DNA of 64,000 nucleotides from an uncultured Alphaproteobacteria bacterium (GTDB taxonomy: Bacteria; Pseudomonadota; Alphaproteobacteria; RF32; CAG-239), in assembly GCA_944391685.1 (NCBI GenBank), contig CALXUM010000007.1, positions 14,989-78,988 on the forward strand. The letters are read 5' to 3'. Made by a program: the position numbers and the translations under genes. The notes beneath the pieces were generated by a model. It did no database searches. It was not told where the DNA came from and saw only the letters and a list, made by a program, of their open reading frames with translations. Shown in pieces: positions 21,143 through 30,641 of this stretch; position 1 is the stretch's first letter, and each line of letters opens with the position of its first letter.

Positions 21143-21291
21143 TAAAAAATTGTCCTTAAAAAAGTTTTTTAAACATTATAAATAATTTTAACCAAAATAC
21201 AATTTATAAAAAACATTGTCAAAATCTCGTTGCCAAGCTAAGTAAAATAGGCTACATTAGCAAGAATTTTAACCATTATAAAGATGAGTTT

Positions 21292-21843
21292 ATGCGAACA
21301 AAAAGAACAAAACGTCGTAGCAAATATTTTGCACCGCAAAATGAAAACATCGCTCACAAATGTGATCACCCTGGGTGTCAAGAAGCGGGAGAATTTCGTG
21401 CACCCAAAGATCGCTCTCTGAAAGATTATTATTGGTTTTGTCTTAAACATGTTCAAGAATACAATGCCAAATGGAATTATTATGATGGACTTGAAGATGA
21501 TATAGATGAAGAACAAGAAAAAATACGTCGTCGTCGATTCCGCTTTAACTCTAAAATCAAATATAATTTTGGATTCGATATAAATGGTAATTTTGAATTC
21601 TTTGATGATTATCGTCCCGATTTTTCGGTTATTAATGAAGCACGCTTTACCAAAGAAGAAAGAGAAGCTCTTAAAATCATGGAATTAGAGGTAGATTTTG
21701 TTGATGTAGAAAGCCTAAAAAAACATTATAAAAAAGCGGTTAAAAAATATCATCCCGATATCAATAAAGAAGATTCCGAAGCTGAAGAAAAATTCAAACT
21801 TTTAAGTACGGCTTATAAAAGTTTATTAAACAAACTCTCGTAA
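21292..21843 (+). CDS. J-domain protein with N-terminal Cys/His-rich domain
   Basis: C-terminal J domain (LKKHYKKAVKKYHPDINKED...) and an N-terminal CDHPGCQEAGEFRAPKDR...WFCLKHVQEYNAKWNYY. Confidence 0.65.
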   Translation: MRTKRTKRRSKYFAPQNENIAHKCDHPGCQEAGEFRAPKDRSLKDYYWFCLKHVQEYNAKWNYYDGLEDDIDEEQEKIRRRRFRFNSKIKYNFGFDINGNFEFFDDYRPDFSVINEARFTKEEREALKIMELEVDFVDVESLKKHYKKAVKKYHPDINKEDSEAEEKFKLLSTAYKSLLNKLS

Positions 21844-21973
21844 AAACTAAATCAATCAAAAGACTATAAACTAAAACATATAAGCAAATCCTGTGGAAAA
21901 GCATTTCGGCGTTTGTTGTCATGTGATAAGATATATCATATACAGAAAGTATGAGTATTAAAGAGAGGGTGAT

Positions 21974-23596
21974 ATGGAAAAGATCAGCCTGACCGCGAGT
22001 ATGCGATCTAATTTGCTAAGCTTGCAAACAATCAGCAAGCAGGTTGACTCTACCCAAAACAAACTCTCTACCGGCAAAAAAGTCAATTCCGCAATAGATA
22101 ATCCGAATTCTTACTACACCGCCCGAAGTTTAACCAACCGAGCGAGTGATTTGGATGCTTTGCTTGATAGTATGGGACAAGCGGTATCCACCATCAAGGC
22201 AGCAACGGAAGCCTTAGAAAGTGCGGCAGATTTTTTGGAGCAAGCCAAAGCGGTGGCGACCCAAACTTTGGAAAATACTCAAGAGGTAATAACTTATGTA
22301 TCTACTAAAGATGAGCTTACGACAGCCTTACAAGATGAAAAAATAAGCCAAATTATTCTCACTCAATCAATAACCTTCGACATAGATGATACCTTAGTCA
22401 TAGGTGAAGGTAAAACCTTGTCTGCAGCATCTACAGATGTAACGTTAAATTTTACGGCTCCATCACATGATTTTTATTATGCCATTGAATTAGCAGATAC
22501 AGCCATTATCCGTGATATAAATATAAATTACGATGGTTTCACATCTCCAGTAACCCACTCAATTATTGGCGGAGGCAGCATCAAAGGTATCGTTAATATT
22601 CGTGCAACTAATTCAGTTGTTGCCGTCCATTCATGTAATATCACTGAAGGAGCTGTTGTTAACATTGATGGTTCTGGAATATATGCAAGAGGTTTGTACA
22701 ATTGTACACTTAATGGTACTGCCAATATTAAAATTAAAGATGGTATCTATGCTATCCGAGATAGTAATGTTAATGGTAATGCTAATCTGATTATTTCAGG
22801 TAACGGGGTTCACGGTTTCTCTGAAGTTCTAACCAGTCCTCAAATAACCCAAATTGATAGCTCTGCTGTTGTCAAGATTTATAGCTCAAATGGTGCTAAG
22901 CCTCTTTATATTACTCAAATTAACTCTGGTGCAGAAGTCTGGCTTAATAACGGTACGGATATGGTACAATATAAAACAACTGCAAACCTGACTCAAGCAG
23001 AGGCATCCTCATTATCTGCATATGTAACAGGGGAAACGACATCAGCAGATGATTTTAAAACAACTATTGAAGAAATTATAACTAATAACAATATTGAAAA
23101 AAATCCAGATGCTAAAATTGATTCCTCTCAATACATCTCCATCATCAGCCAATATGATTCATTAATCAAAGATGCGTCATACAAAGGCGTAAACTTACTG
23201 CAAGAACAAGATTTGAAAGTAACCTTTAATGAAGGTAGAACCGCATGGCTTGATGTGATAGGTAAAAATGCCTCATCTGCCGCCCTTGGCTTAACCACCT
23301 TAGAGTGGAATACTAAAGCAGATGTTGAAAAATCAATTGAAGAGCTGACCAATGCCATGAACCAAATCCGCTCGATGTCATCGGAGTTAGGAAGTTATTA
23401 TAACATTGTTTTATCTCGTCAAGATTTTACCGAGAATTTGATAAATGTTTTGGAAGAAGGGGCGGATAAATTAACTTTAGCCGATATGAACGAAGAGAGT
23501 GCCAATATGCTTGCTCTGCAAACTCGCCAACAACTGGCGATTAACTCTTTATCTTTAGCTTCACAAGCCGCTCAGGGTATTTTGAGATTGTTCTAA
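21974..23596 (+). CDS. Flagellin with expanded central domain
   Basis: Alpha-type flagellin N-terminus (LSTGKKVNSAIDNPNSYYTARSL...) and C-terminus (ANMLALQTRQQLAINSLSLASQAAQGILRLF). About 300 central residues are rich in N.I..NG / beta-helix-like repeats. A GAGAGGG Shine-Dalgarno lies upstream. Confidence 0.75.
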   Translation: MEKISLTASMRSNLLSLQTISKQVDSTQNKLSTGKKVNSAIDNPNSYYTARSLTNRASDLDALLDSMGQAVSTIKAATEALESAADFLEQAKAVATQTLENTQEVITYVSTKDELTTALQDEKISQIILTQSITFDIDDTLVIGEGKTLSAASTDVTLNFTAPSHDFYYAIELADTAIIRDININYDGFTSPVTHSIIGGGSIKGIVNIRATNSVVAVHSCNITEGAVVNIDGSGIYARGLYNCTLNGTANIKIKDGIYAIRDSNVNGNANLIISGNGVHGFSEVLTSPQITQIDSSAVVKIYSSNGAKPLYITQINSGAEVWLNNGTDMVQYKTTANLTQAEASSLSAYVTGETTSADDFKTTIEEIITNNNIEKNPDAKIDSSQYISIISQYDSLIKDASYKGVNLLQEQDLKVTFNEGRTAWLDVIGKNASSAALGLTTLEWNTKADVEKSIEELTNAMNQIRSMSSELGSYYNIVLSRQDFTENLINVLEEGADKLTLADMNEESANMLALQTRQQLAINSLSLASQAAQGILRLF

Positions 23597-23601
23597 AACT
23601 T

Positions 23602-24489
23602 TTATTCACGATAAAGTTCTTTAGATTTTAATAAATCTTTATTTTTAGTTTTTGTTAGCGGTTTTTTAGCTTTTTGAGCAATTTGCTTGGCATCTTTTTT
23701 ATTTTTTCTTCCTGACTTTTTAAGGATTGTTTCTGCCACTTGTTCATCTTTGGTTTGATTGCTTCCGGCATTCATCAAATCTTCAACTTTCATTCCCTCA
23801 AGAGCTTTAATTTGTGATTCTTCAGCTGCTAAAGCAATGTTTTGGATTCTTTTTATTCCTCTTAATAAGGTAACGGTTTCTTTTTTTGATAGTTTACGCC
23901 GATTAATTTTAACTTTTTTTGCCACATTATCTTTTAGAGCTTCGTCATAAGTTGTTGATTCTTGACTTATTGTTTGCATATTTTGATTAATGGTTGCTTT
24001 GTCAAGCCCCTTTAGCCCGAGCTGTTTTGAAACCTTGTCCGCAACCGCTAGAGCTTCCATTTTACCGGCGTTTTGCTGCATACGCTGATTATCAATAATT
24101 TCTTGTTGTTTTAATTGACGTTTTTCTTCTTCGTTTAGTGCATTTAAAAGGGAGTTATTTTGTTCTAAAGGAGAAAAATCATAAAATTCCTCTTCCTCAT
24201 CTTCCTCATCATAAACATCTTTTATTTTTTTTCTGATCTTTTTTAATCCGTTAGGAAGCTCTGCAGGGCGAGGGGTAAAAGAGGTTTGCAGTGGCTTTTT
24301 TTCAGTAGCCTCAAATTGCAAGGCTTTTTTTATGTCCACTCTTCTGGTAAGCTTTTCAGTTTCGCCAAAGCCCTTATTTTTTTTCCATTCAATATTTGAT
24401 TCAGAAGATTCTTCTTCCATAAAATTCTCCGTCAGGTGGAATATCTGTCCAACCTCCTTAATGGTGTCACATAAAATATTATTTGTCAA
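23602..24489 (-). CDS. Hypothetical highly charged (Lys/Glu-rich) protein
   Basis: 295 aa with no recognisable domain. It is 10 nt downstream of the PAS protein on the same strand, so probably cotranscribed. Confidence 0.35.
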   Translation of the reverse strand: MTNNILCDTIKEVGQIFHLTENFMEEESSESNIEWKKNKGFGETEKLTRRVDIKKALQFEATEKKPLQTSFTPRPAELPNGLKKIRKKIKDVYDEEDEEEEFYDFSPLEQNNSLLNALNEEEKRQLKQQEIIDNQRMQQNAGKMEALAVADKVSKQLGLKGLDKATINQNMQTISQESTTYDEALKDNVAKKVKINRRKLSKKETVTLLRGIKRIQNIALAAEESQIKALEGMKVEDLMNAGSNQTKDEQVAETILKKSGRKNKKDAKQIAQKAKKPLTKTKNKDLLKSKELYRE

Positions 24490-24498
24490 TCATAGGGA

Positions 24499-26175
24499 CT
24501 AAAGCTTTTTATAAACAATCATCATAGAGCCGTCAGAAAGATTCTGTGCCGAAACTTCCACATCTCCGTTTATTCCGCGACCTAAAATAAAAGTTTTTGT
24601 TGTCATGGACAATAAATATCCGGCAATTTCTTTTTTTAAAACATTCCAATCTTCATCTTTGCTAAAAAAGCTTTTTTGCGATTCTAAAAATTCATCAAGA
24701 TCTGGTTGTGATTCCAAAAATGTTTTAGATGAATTCCAAAGTTTCAAATACGCCTGATTATAAAAACTCAGTCTTCCGTTAGATCCAAAAATTACAACCG
24801 CGTCAAATAAATTTTCTAGCATTTCTTCTTGTACGGAGAGCAAGGCATTATATGCACTTGTTGTTGCTAATCTGTCAGAAATATCTTCATAAGCAAAAAT
24901 AAGTCCGCCCATCGGATAAGGAGCTCTTACGCGTCTTAATGTTTTTCCGTTGGGAAGATGCAACATATCATTTTTGGGTTCTATAATTTGAGAAAATTGT
25001 TTTTGTTCTTCGTTTTTAAATAGGACATAGTCTGGTACTTCAGGTAATAATCTTCGTTCTCTTGTTGCATCTAAGAACATTGAGTAAGAGGGATGTTCAT
25101 CTAACCAAGATTCATCAAGTTGCCACAAATCACAAAAAGACTTATTGTAAAAATTAAGTTTAAAATCTTGATTAAATACGGCAAAAGCGGTTCCTAAAGA
25201 GCCCAAAATTTCTAATTGAGCAACTTGGTGCCTTCTTAAGTTTCGTTTAAGATCATCAAGTTCGCTTACATCAACCAAGGCCCCCACTGTATAAATTTTT
25301 TCTAGCGATTCTTCGGCATGAAACGGAGTTTCAAAAGCCTCCATAACCAAACGTTCTCCGTCTTTTATTACACTGACTTTCTCCTTTTTGGGTTTGTTAA
25401 GCAAGTGAGCAACTTGGGCAAGCCGTTTGGCAAAACTTTCCCCGTTTATATTGTTTATTTCAACATCATCATTGGATGTCTTTGTATCTGTAAACTCCGT
25501 AAATTTTTTATTGAAATCAATAATTTTTAAATTATCATCTCTCAACCAAACCGGAAAAGGAATATTATCAATCAAGTCTTGTAATTGTCTGGCTTTTGAA
25601 GATGCTTCATTTTTTTCTTGCTCGAGATTAATAATCTTATTGGTTTCAAAGCTCACATCTCTGAACCAGATCATATCACAATAAACATCGCCGTCTGTTC
25701 CGCTAATTCTTGCTCCGCAGAGCCTTAAACATTTTCCGGTAGATTTTAATATAAATTCATCATCAAATGACACCCCGTCATCTTGCAGAAGAGCAACATA
25801 TTTTCGAATTTTTTTTTCATCATCTTTATAAAAATTTTTCAAAATTTCCTCAAAAGAAGATCTTGTTCCGTTCGGCAAGTTCATTATTACAGCCAAGCGT
25901 CTTGAGCATCTTTCTACAATGTTTTGTCTGGGGTCGTTTACTTTGTCATCGGGATGAATAAAAGCAAAATAACCATCTTTTGATGCATATAAAGTTTCGG
26001 CATATCGCTCTCTGTCTCTATTTACAAAATAATTTTTTTGCTTAAGCCGTAAAATTTTAAATAACTCGCTTATAATAATAACAATCAATACCAGCACCAG
26101 AAAAATCAGGGCATACCACAATTCGGGTGCGGCATAATACATATCTGTTAACAATTCAAAATCAATCATTGTCAT
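24499..26175 (-). CDS. Membrane-anchored multi-PAS domain protein without recognisable output domain
   Basis: An N-terminal TM helix is followed by three PAS-like segments (IPFPVWLRDDNLKIIDFNKKFTEF; LGTAFAVFNQDFKLNFYNKSFCDLW; LFDAVVIFGSNGRLSFYNQAYLKLW). No HisKA/HATPase, GGDEF or other output domain follows. Confidence 0.55.
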   Translation of the reverse strand: MTMIDFELLTDMYYAAPELWYALIFLVLVLIVIIISELFKILRLKQKNYFVNRDRERYAETLYASKDGYFAFIHPDDKVNDPRQNIVERCSRRLAVIMNLPNGTRSSFEEILKNFYKDDEKKIRKYVALLQDDGVSFDDEFILKSTGKCLRLCGARISGTDGDVYCDMIWFRDVSFETNKIINLEQEKNEASSKARQLQDLIDNIPFPVWLRDDNLKIIDFNKKFTEFTDTKTSNDDVEINNINGESFAKRLAQVAHLLNKPKKEKVSVIKDGERLVMEAFETPFHAEESLEKIYTVGALVDVSELDDLKRNLRRHQVAQLEILGSLGTAFAVFNQDFKLNFYNKSFCDLWQLDESWLDEHPSYSMFLDATRERRLLPEVPDYVLFKNEEQKQFSQIIEPKNDMLHLPNGKTLRRVRAPYPMGGLIFAYEDISDRLATTSAYNALLSVQEEMLENLFDAVVIFGSNGRLSFYNQAYLKLWNSSKTFLESQPDLDEFLESQKSFFSKDEDWNVLKKEIAGYLLSMTTKTFILGRGINGDVEVSAQNLSDGSMMIVYKKL

Positions 26176-26253
26176 CTTTTTTAGAAAAAACGTTGTTTAT
26201 TTGCCAATTTTATTATATAAAAAGCATTAATTAAACTTAAATTTTTCTTATAA

Positions 26254-26925
26254 GTGGAAAAGATGTATATTTTAGCTTTTGATACAACTGCAGCACAATG
26301 CTCAATTATTCTTCAAAAAGATAATCAGGTTTTGAGCCGCTATAATGAATACATGGATTTTGGCCAATCAGAGATTCTTCTCCCGCAAATAGAAAAGATG
26401 CTAAAATCTCAGTCGTTGCAGTTTAGCGATATAGGTCTTCTTTTAGTATGTGTAGGTCCGGGTTCTTTTACCGGAGTTAGAGCATCTGTTGCTGCAGCAA
26501 GAATATTTCCCTTAGCCTGTCCAAAGCTTTCGGTTGGAGGAATAACGGCATTTGATGCCTATATAAGAGGATTCTCGCCTGAAGAATTGGGAGAAATTAA
26601 TGCAGTTATTATTGAAACCAAAAGAGAAGATTTTTATGTTCAATTGTATGACAAAAATCTTCACAAAATTGAAGAAGCTTGTGCCATGAGCTATAATGAT
26701 TTGATCAATGCTCTTCGTTACAAGAAAGTTTCTTTAATTGGTGATGGTGTGGAAAGGTTTTTAAACCGTCCCAGCGGGCTTAGCTTGCATTGCATAAAAA
26801 TGCCTGAGGCATTACCAATAGATTTGCTGGTAGAATGTGGTTTGCAACAATATCGTGATAAAAAGCTTGACTTTCCCAAACCACTATATCTTCGTGCTCC
26901 GGATGTAACTTTGCCTAAAGCTTAA
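26254..26925 (+). CDS. tsaB: tRNA threonylcarbamoyladenosine biosynthesis protein TsaB
   Basis: YILAFDTT...LLLVCVGPGSFTGVRASVAAARI is a YeaZ/TsaB pattern. Confidence 0.8.
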   Translation: MEKMYILAFDTTAAQCSIILQKDNQVLSRYNEYMDFGQSEILLPQIEKMLKSQSLQFSDIGLLLVCVGPGSFTGVRASVAAARIFPLACPKLSVGGITAFDAYIRGFSPEELGEINAVIIETKREDFYVQLYDKNLHKIEEACAMSYNDLINALRYKKVSLIGDGVERFLNRPSGLSLHCIKMPEALPIDLLVECGLQQYRDKKLDFPKPLYLRAPDVTLPKA

Positions 26926-28250
26926 GCAATATTTTTCTCTTTACCCAAAAGTTTTTGGATCGTAAGTAAAATATCATTTTTATGATTAGCTTCAATAATG
27001 TTAATTATTTCTACTTCTTGCCTGTCAAGCCGTCTGTTAATACCTAAACTGTCGTAATATTGTTTTGAGCTGTTATATAATTTTGCGGCTTGCAAACTAT
27101 TTCCTTGAGAATACAAATGTTCAGACAATCGTTTGCTGGCATTGGCCACTTGTCTTATATTAATTTCATCATCGGCGAAATTCAAAACATTTTGATAAGC
27201 CCAAACAGCCTTATTAAAAGAAGATGCTCTCCAATACATATCACCCAAACGGCTCCATGCCAAAACATTGTTTGGTGTAAGTTCAATTGAAAGCTCAAAA
27301 GCCCCCGTGGCCAGATGGATGTCGTTGATTGCAGAGAGTGTTCCGAATACACAGGCTTGTTTTGAAACATCATTATAAATAGCCTCTTTTTTTGCTCCGG
27401 CAATAGATGTCTTTTCAATATTAAAATCCATTAAGCCTTCCAGTAGAGCTAGAGCCAGTGTCGTATCTCCTTGAGCAAGATGTAATAAAGCATCTTCTTC
27501 AGAAGGAAGAGGCGGTGTGTTTTTAAGGTTTTGGAATTTTTGCCCCACGCATAAACCAATAAATTCTTTTATTGCGTCAATAGTTTGTAAAACCTCATCT
27601 TCTGAGTATATGCCATGGTTTTTAAACATTATTGTTTGGGCTATTTTTAGGTCATCGATACCCCTGCCCAACATATCAATAATAAGGCCTAAAAGTTCAG
27701 GCATTTCCTTTATTGTTTGTTTATAAGAAAGAACAGTAGGCTCGGTTTGATTTTGTTGTTCTATTTCTTTTATTTTTCCCTTTTTCCAATCAAGCTCAAT
27801 AGAAAGAGTCTTTTCTTTATGTTTTTTTTCTTCCGTTAAAATTTTTTCTTTTGTTTTCTTGGCTTCCAAATTGTCCTTTTTCTTTTTTTCAAAAACTTCT
27901 TTTTCTGCCTTGTCCCTATCAAGTTCTCTTTGCAGCTCTTTTTCTAATTCCTGTTCATCCATAATTTGTTTTAGCCGAATTTCATCTTCTTCATCAAATA
28001 TATCATTTTCATTGTCGTCGTTTAATGATTCTTTTTTCACATCATTACGTAAAAAAGAAACAATTGATTTTACATAAACGATAACGATTAGGAATAAAAA
28101 AAGAATAAGGGCTAATGTTATTAACACGATTGACACTAAACGTAAATGATTCGCTCCTGACATATATTTATCAATAAAAGAAGCAACGATATCAATATTT
28201 GATGAAAGCAAACCAATAATTTCATCAGTAGTAGCAAAGTCTTCAAACAT
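26922..28250 (-). CDS. Hypothetical membrane-anchored protein with charged coiled-coil region and TPR-like C-terminus
   Basis: TM helix, a KE-rich linker and a C-terminal helical repeat region. Confidence 0.35.
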   Translation of the reverse strand: MFEDFATTDEIIGLLSSNIDIVASFIDKYMSGANHLRLVSIVLITLALILFLFLIVIVYVKSIVSFLRNDVKKESLNDDNENDIFDEEDEIRLKQIMDEQELEKELQRELDRDKAEKEVFEKKKKDNLEAKKTKEKILTEEKKHKEKTLSIELDWKKGKIKEIEQQNQTEPTVLSYKQTIKEMPELLGLIIDMLGRGIDDLKIAQTIMFKNHGIYSEDEVLQTIDAIKEFIGLCVGQKFQNLKNTPPLPSEEDALLHLAQGDTTLALALLEGLMDFNIEKTSIAGAKKEAIYNDVSKQACVFGTLSAINDIHLATGAFELSIELTPNNVLAWSRLGDMYWRASSFNKAVWAYQNVLNFADDEINIRQVANASKRLSEHLYSQGNSLQAAKLYNSSKQYYDSLGINRRLDRQEVEIINIIEANHKNDILLTIQKLLGKEKNIA

Positions 28251-28356
28251 ATTTTATACTAACCATTTACAAAATAGATTTTAGGTTTTAGAATAACAAA
28301 CAACAAAAAGTATAACTGTTAAAAGTTAAAAAACAGCTTAATAAAAAAGTAAAAAA

Positions 28357-29133
28357 ATGGGATATTTAAGTCAGCGTAAAAAAAATCAACGAGAAGAAAG
28401 CTTTTTAAAAATTTCTGCAATAGTGCTGACGTTTTTAAGTGTTTCCGTCTTTTTTCCGATTTTTCCTGAGAGTCTGCAAAACGGATTGTTTCATATTTAT
28501 CTTGCCAACATAGTTGTTCTTTTATTAGCAGTTTGCTTCTCTCGTTATGGATATGCCGTGTTTTTTGCGTTGATACTTATTGTCAATTATTTTCATGTAT
28601 CTGCCTATGCCAATGTTTTTGTAAACTCTAAATTAGCATCTGAACACTCACTAAAAATTTCATACATACCGGAGAAACCGTTTGATATAGAAGCTTCAGA
28701 AGGGATGTTGTTAAAACGTCGACGTGTGCAAATAACCAAAGGGGTTGAAGTTCCGGTTATAACAATTGACAAAGCAGGGCACATATTTAACATTTTACGA
28801 GTTGATTTTTCTTCTATAAAAAAATCAGATCAAAAAGAAAAGGCAATTAAACAACTCTCATCTTTCATCTCTTCTCAGGATGATCCTGTTATAGTTTTTG
28901 GAGATTTTGGAGAGCCGGTTTGGTCGAATACGATGAGAAAGTTTTTATCAGATACTAATTTACAGGTAAAAAATCGTGTTTTATTAACCCAAAAAGGAAA
29001 TCGATTTGATGTATTTTCTGCACCATCGTTTTACGTCTTAGCGTTTCCTAATGTTGGAATAAATAGGCTTGAGGCAGATTTTGCTAACGGCGAAAACTAT
29101 CCTCTCGTTAATGTTGAGCTTGGCTTTTTTTAA
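28357..29133 (+). CDS. Hypothetical membrane protein (possible EEP-like C-terminal domain)
   Basis: Two or three N-terminal TM helices. A VIVFGDFGEP segment is reminiscent of the EEP GDFN motif, but the match is weak. Confidence 0.3.
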   Translation: MGYLSQRKKNQREESFLKISAIVLTFLSVSVFFPIFPESLQNGLFHIYLANIVVLLLAVCFSRYGYAVFFALILIVNYFHVSAYANVFVNSKLASEHSLKISYIPEKPFDIEASEGMLLKRRRVQITKGVEVPVITIDKAGHIFNILRVDFSSIKKSDQKEKAIKQLSSFISSQDDPVIVFGDFGEPVWSNTMRKFLSDTNLQVKNRVLLTQKGNRFDVFSAPSFYVLAFPNVGINRLEADFANGENYPLVNVELGFF

Positions 29134-30550
29134 TTAAATTAAACACTTCTCCTTCTTCAAACACCTTTGCATATTCTAAGGCGGTAGCAAAAGTTTTTTT
29201 GCTTTGATCCTTTTGGTCGTTCATGTAATCAATTAAAGCAATATTAGCATAATCAATTGCCGCACCATCAGTTCTATCATCGTTAATTTCATGTTGTAAT
29301 GACTGTTGAAAGATTCCTTTTGCTCTTCTCAAATCTCCTTTTTTAAGATAAATCAAACCCAATAAATTATATGCATTTGCCACATGAAAAGCAGAATTTT
29401 GTTTTTTACTATCATCAATAATATGGCGTAAAAATTTTTCACTTTTTTGCAAATTATTTGTTTCAAACATTCCACGAGCCTGTAAAAACAAAACTTCTCT
29501 CAAGGCAGCAATATTTTTGGTCTTTACATAAAGCTTTTCTGCATCAGAGCTGAATTTTATAACATCTTTCCATTTTTTTTGTTCAACGGCATTATGTGCC
29601 AAAATTTCAAGACTAAAAGCCTCCCCTTCAAGATTCTTAATCTCTCTATGTATCTTTAGTGCTTTTGTGGCTGTTGCCAAAGCTTTTTTATTATCCCCCT
29701 GAATAAGAAAACTCAGAGCTTGTTGATTTAATATTTCAGCAATCCCTTGCGATAGGTTGTTTTGTAAAAATATATTTTTAGCTTCTTCAAAATATTCTTC
29801 TGCTTCATCAAAAGAATTTTGCATAACCATAAGCATTCCCAAATTTCCTACAACTTCAGCTTCAAGATGTTTAGCAAAGACAGATGCAAAAATTTTTCGT
29901 GAAGTAAAAAGCATTAATCTTGAAATATCTTGTAATCCACATACACGATAAACCGTTCCGTTCATAAGATAACACATTGCCTCTTCAAAAGGGGTTTTTA
30001 TTTTTTTGAAAATTGCTGCGGCAACTGCAAAATTTTCCGATGCGGATAACAAATCTCCTTCTTGCATTTGTAAACATCCGTTGCAATAATTTCTCAGAGC
30101 TTTCAGATAATGATTTTTGTTTTTTGAGTCAGCTTTTAAAAGTTTCTGAGCTTTTGAGAAGTTTCCTTTCTGCAAAAACAACCATATTTGGGATTCGATT
30201 GTTGATGCCAAGTGTGCTTTTCCGGAAAAAATTGTATCAAAATCAGCTTTCAGAGAGCTGTTTTTTTTATCATCTATTTTTTTCAGTAACGGATTAAAAT
30301 CATTTTTTTTAATGGCGTTTATAATTTTTTTTATATCTTTTCTTTTTTGTGAATTTAAAAATAAAGCCAAGCTTTCTATTGTTAAAGAAGAAAAATAAGC
30401 TTTTTTCCTTGTGGTATTAATTTTTTTCCAAATAGCAGCATTTAAGATTTTATATATAAAATCAAATTTTATTTTAGAGCAATATCTCCAAGCCCCCCAT
30501 AAGGGCAGCACAAAAGAAATAAAAATTATTATAGGCAGTAAATATTTCAT
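29108..30550 (-). CDS. TPR-repeat protein (secreted/periplasmic)
   Basis: Signal peptide plus multiple TPR-like helical repeats. Confidence 0.45.
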   Translation of the reverse strand: MKYLLPIIIFISFVLPLWGAWRYCSKIKFDFIYKILNAAIWKKINTTRKKAYFSSLTIESLALFLNSQKRKDIKKIINAIKKNDFNPLLKKIDDKKNSSLKADFDTIFSGKAHLASTIESQIWLFLQKGNFSKAQKLLKADSKNKNHYLKALRNYCNGCLQMQEGDLLSASENFAVAAAIFKKIKTPFEEAMCYLMNGTVYRVCGLQDISRLMLFTSRKIFASVFAKHLEAEVVGNLGMLMVMQNSFDEAEEYFEEAKNIFLQNNLSQGIAEILNQQALSFLIQGDNKKALATATKALKIHREIKNLEGEAFSLEILAHNAVEQKKWKDVIKFSSDAEKLYVKTKNIAALREVLFLQARGMFETNNLQKSEKFLRHIIDDSKKQNSAFHVANAYNLLGLIYLKKGDLRRAKGIFQQSLQHEINDDRTDGAAIDYANIALIDYMNDQKDQSKKTFATALEYAKVFEEGEVFNLIKKSQAQH

Positions 30551-30641
30551 AAAATCACAAATTCTTTACTCAATGTTAGTTTTTACTGTTTTATTATCTA
30601 AAATAACTTATCAAAAATTTAATGTATAGGGATTTTTTATC

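Noticed and set aside
20164-21185. Plus-strand ORFs antisense to fpg (20164-20535, 20315-20596, 20840-21145 and 20970-21185)
   Set aside because: fpg on the minus strand has a full-length conserved product. The antisense ORFs are AT-rich frame artefacts.
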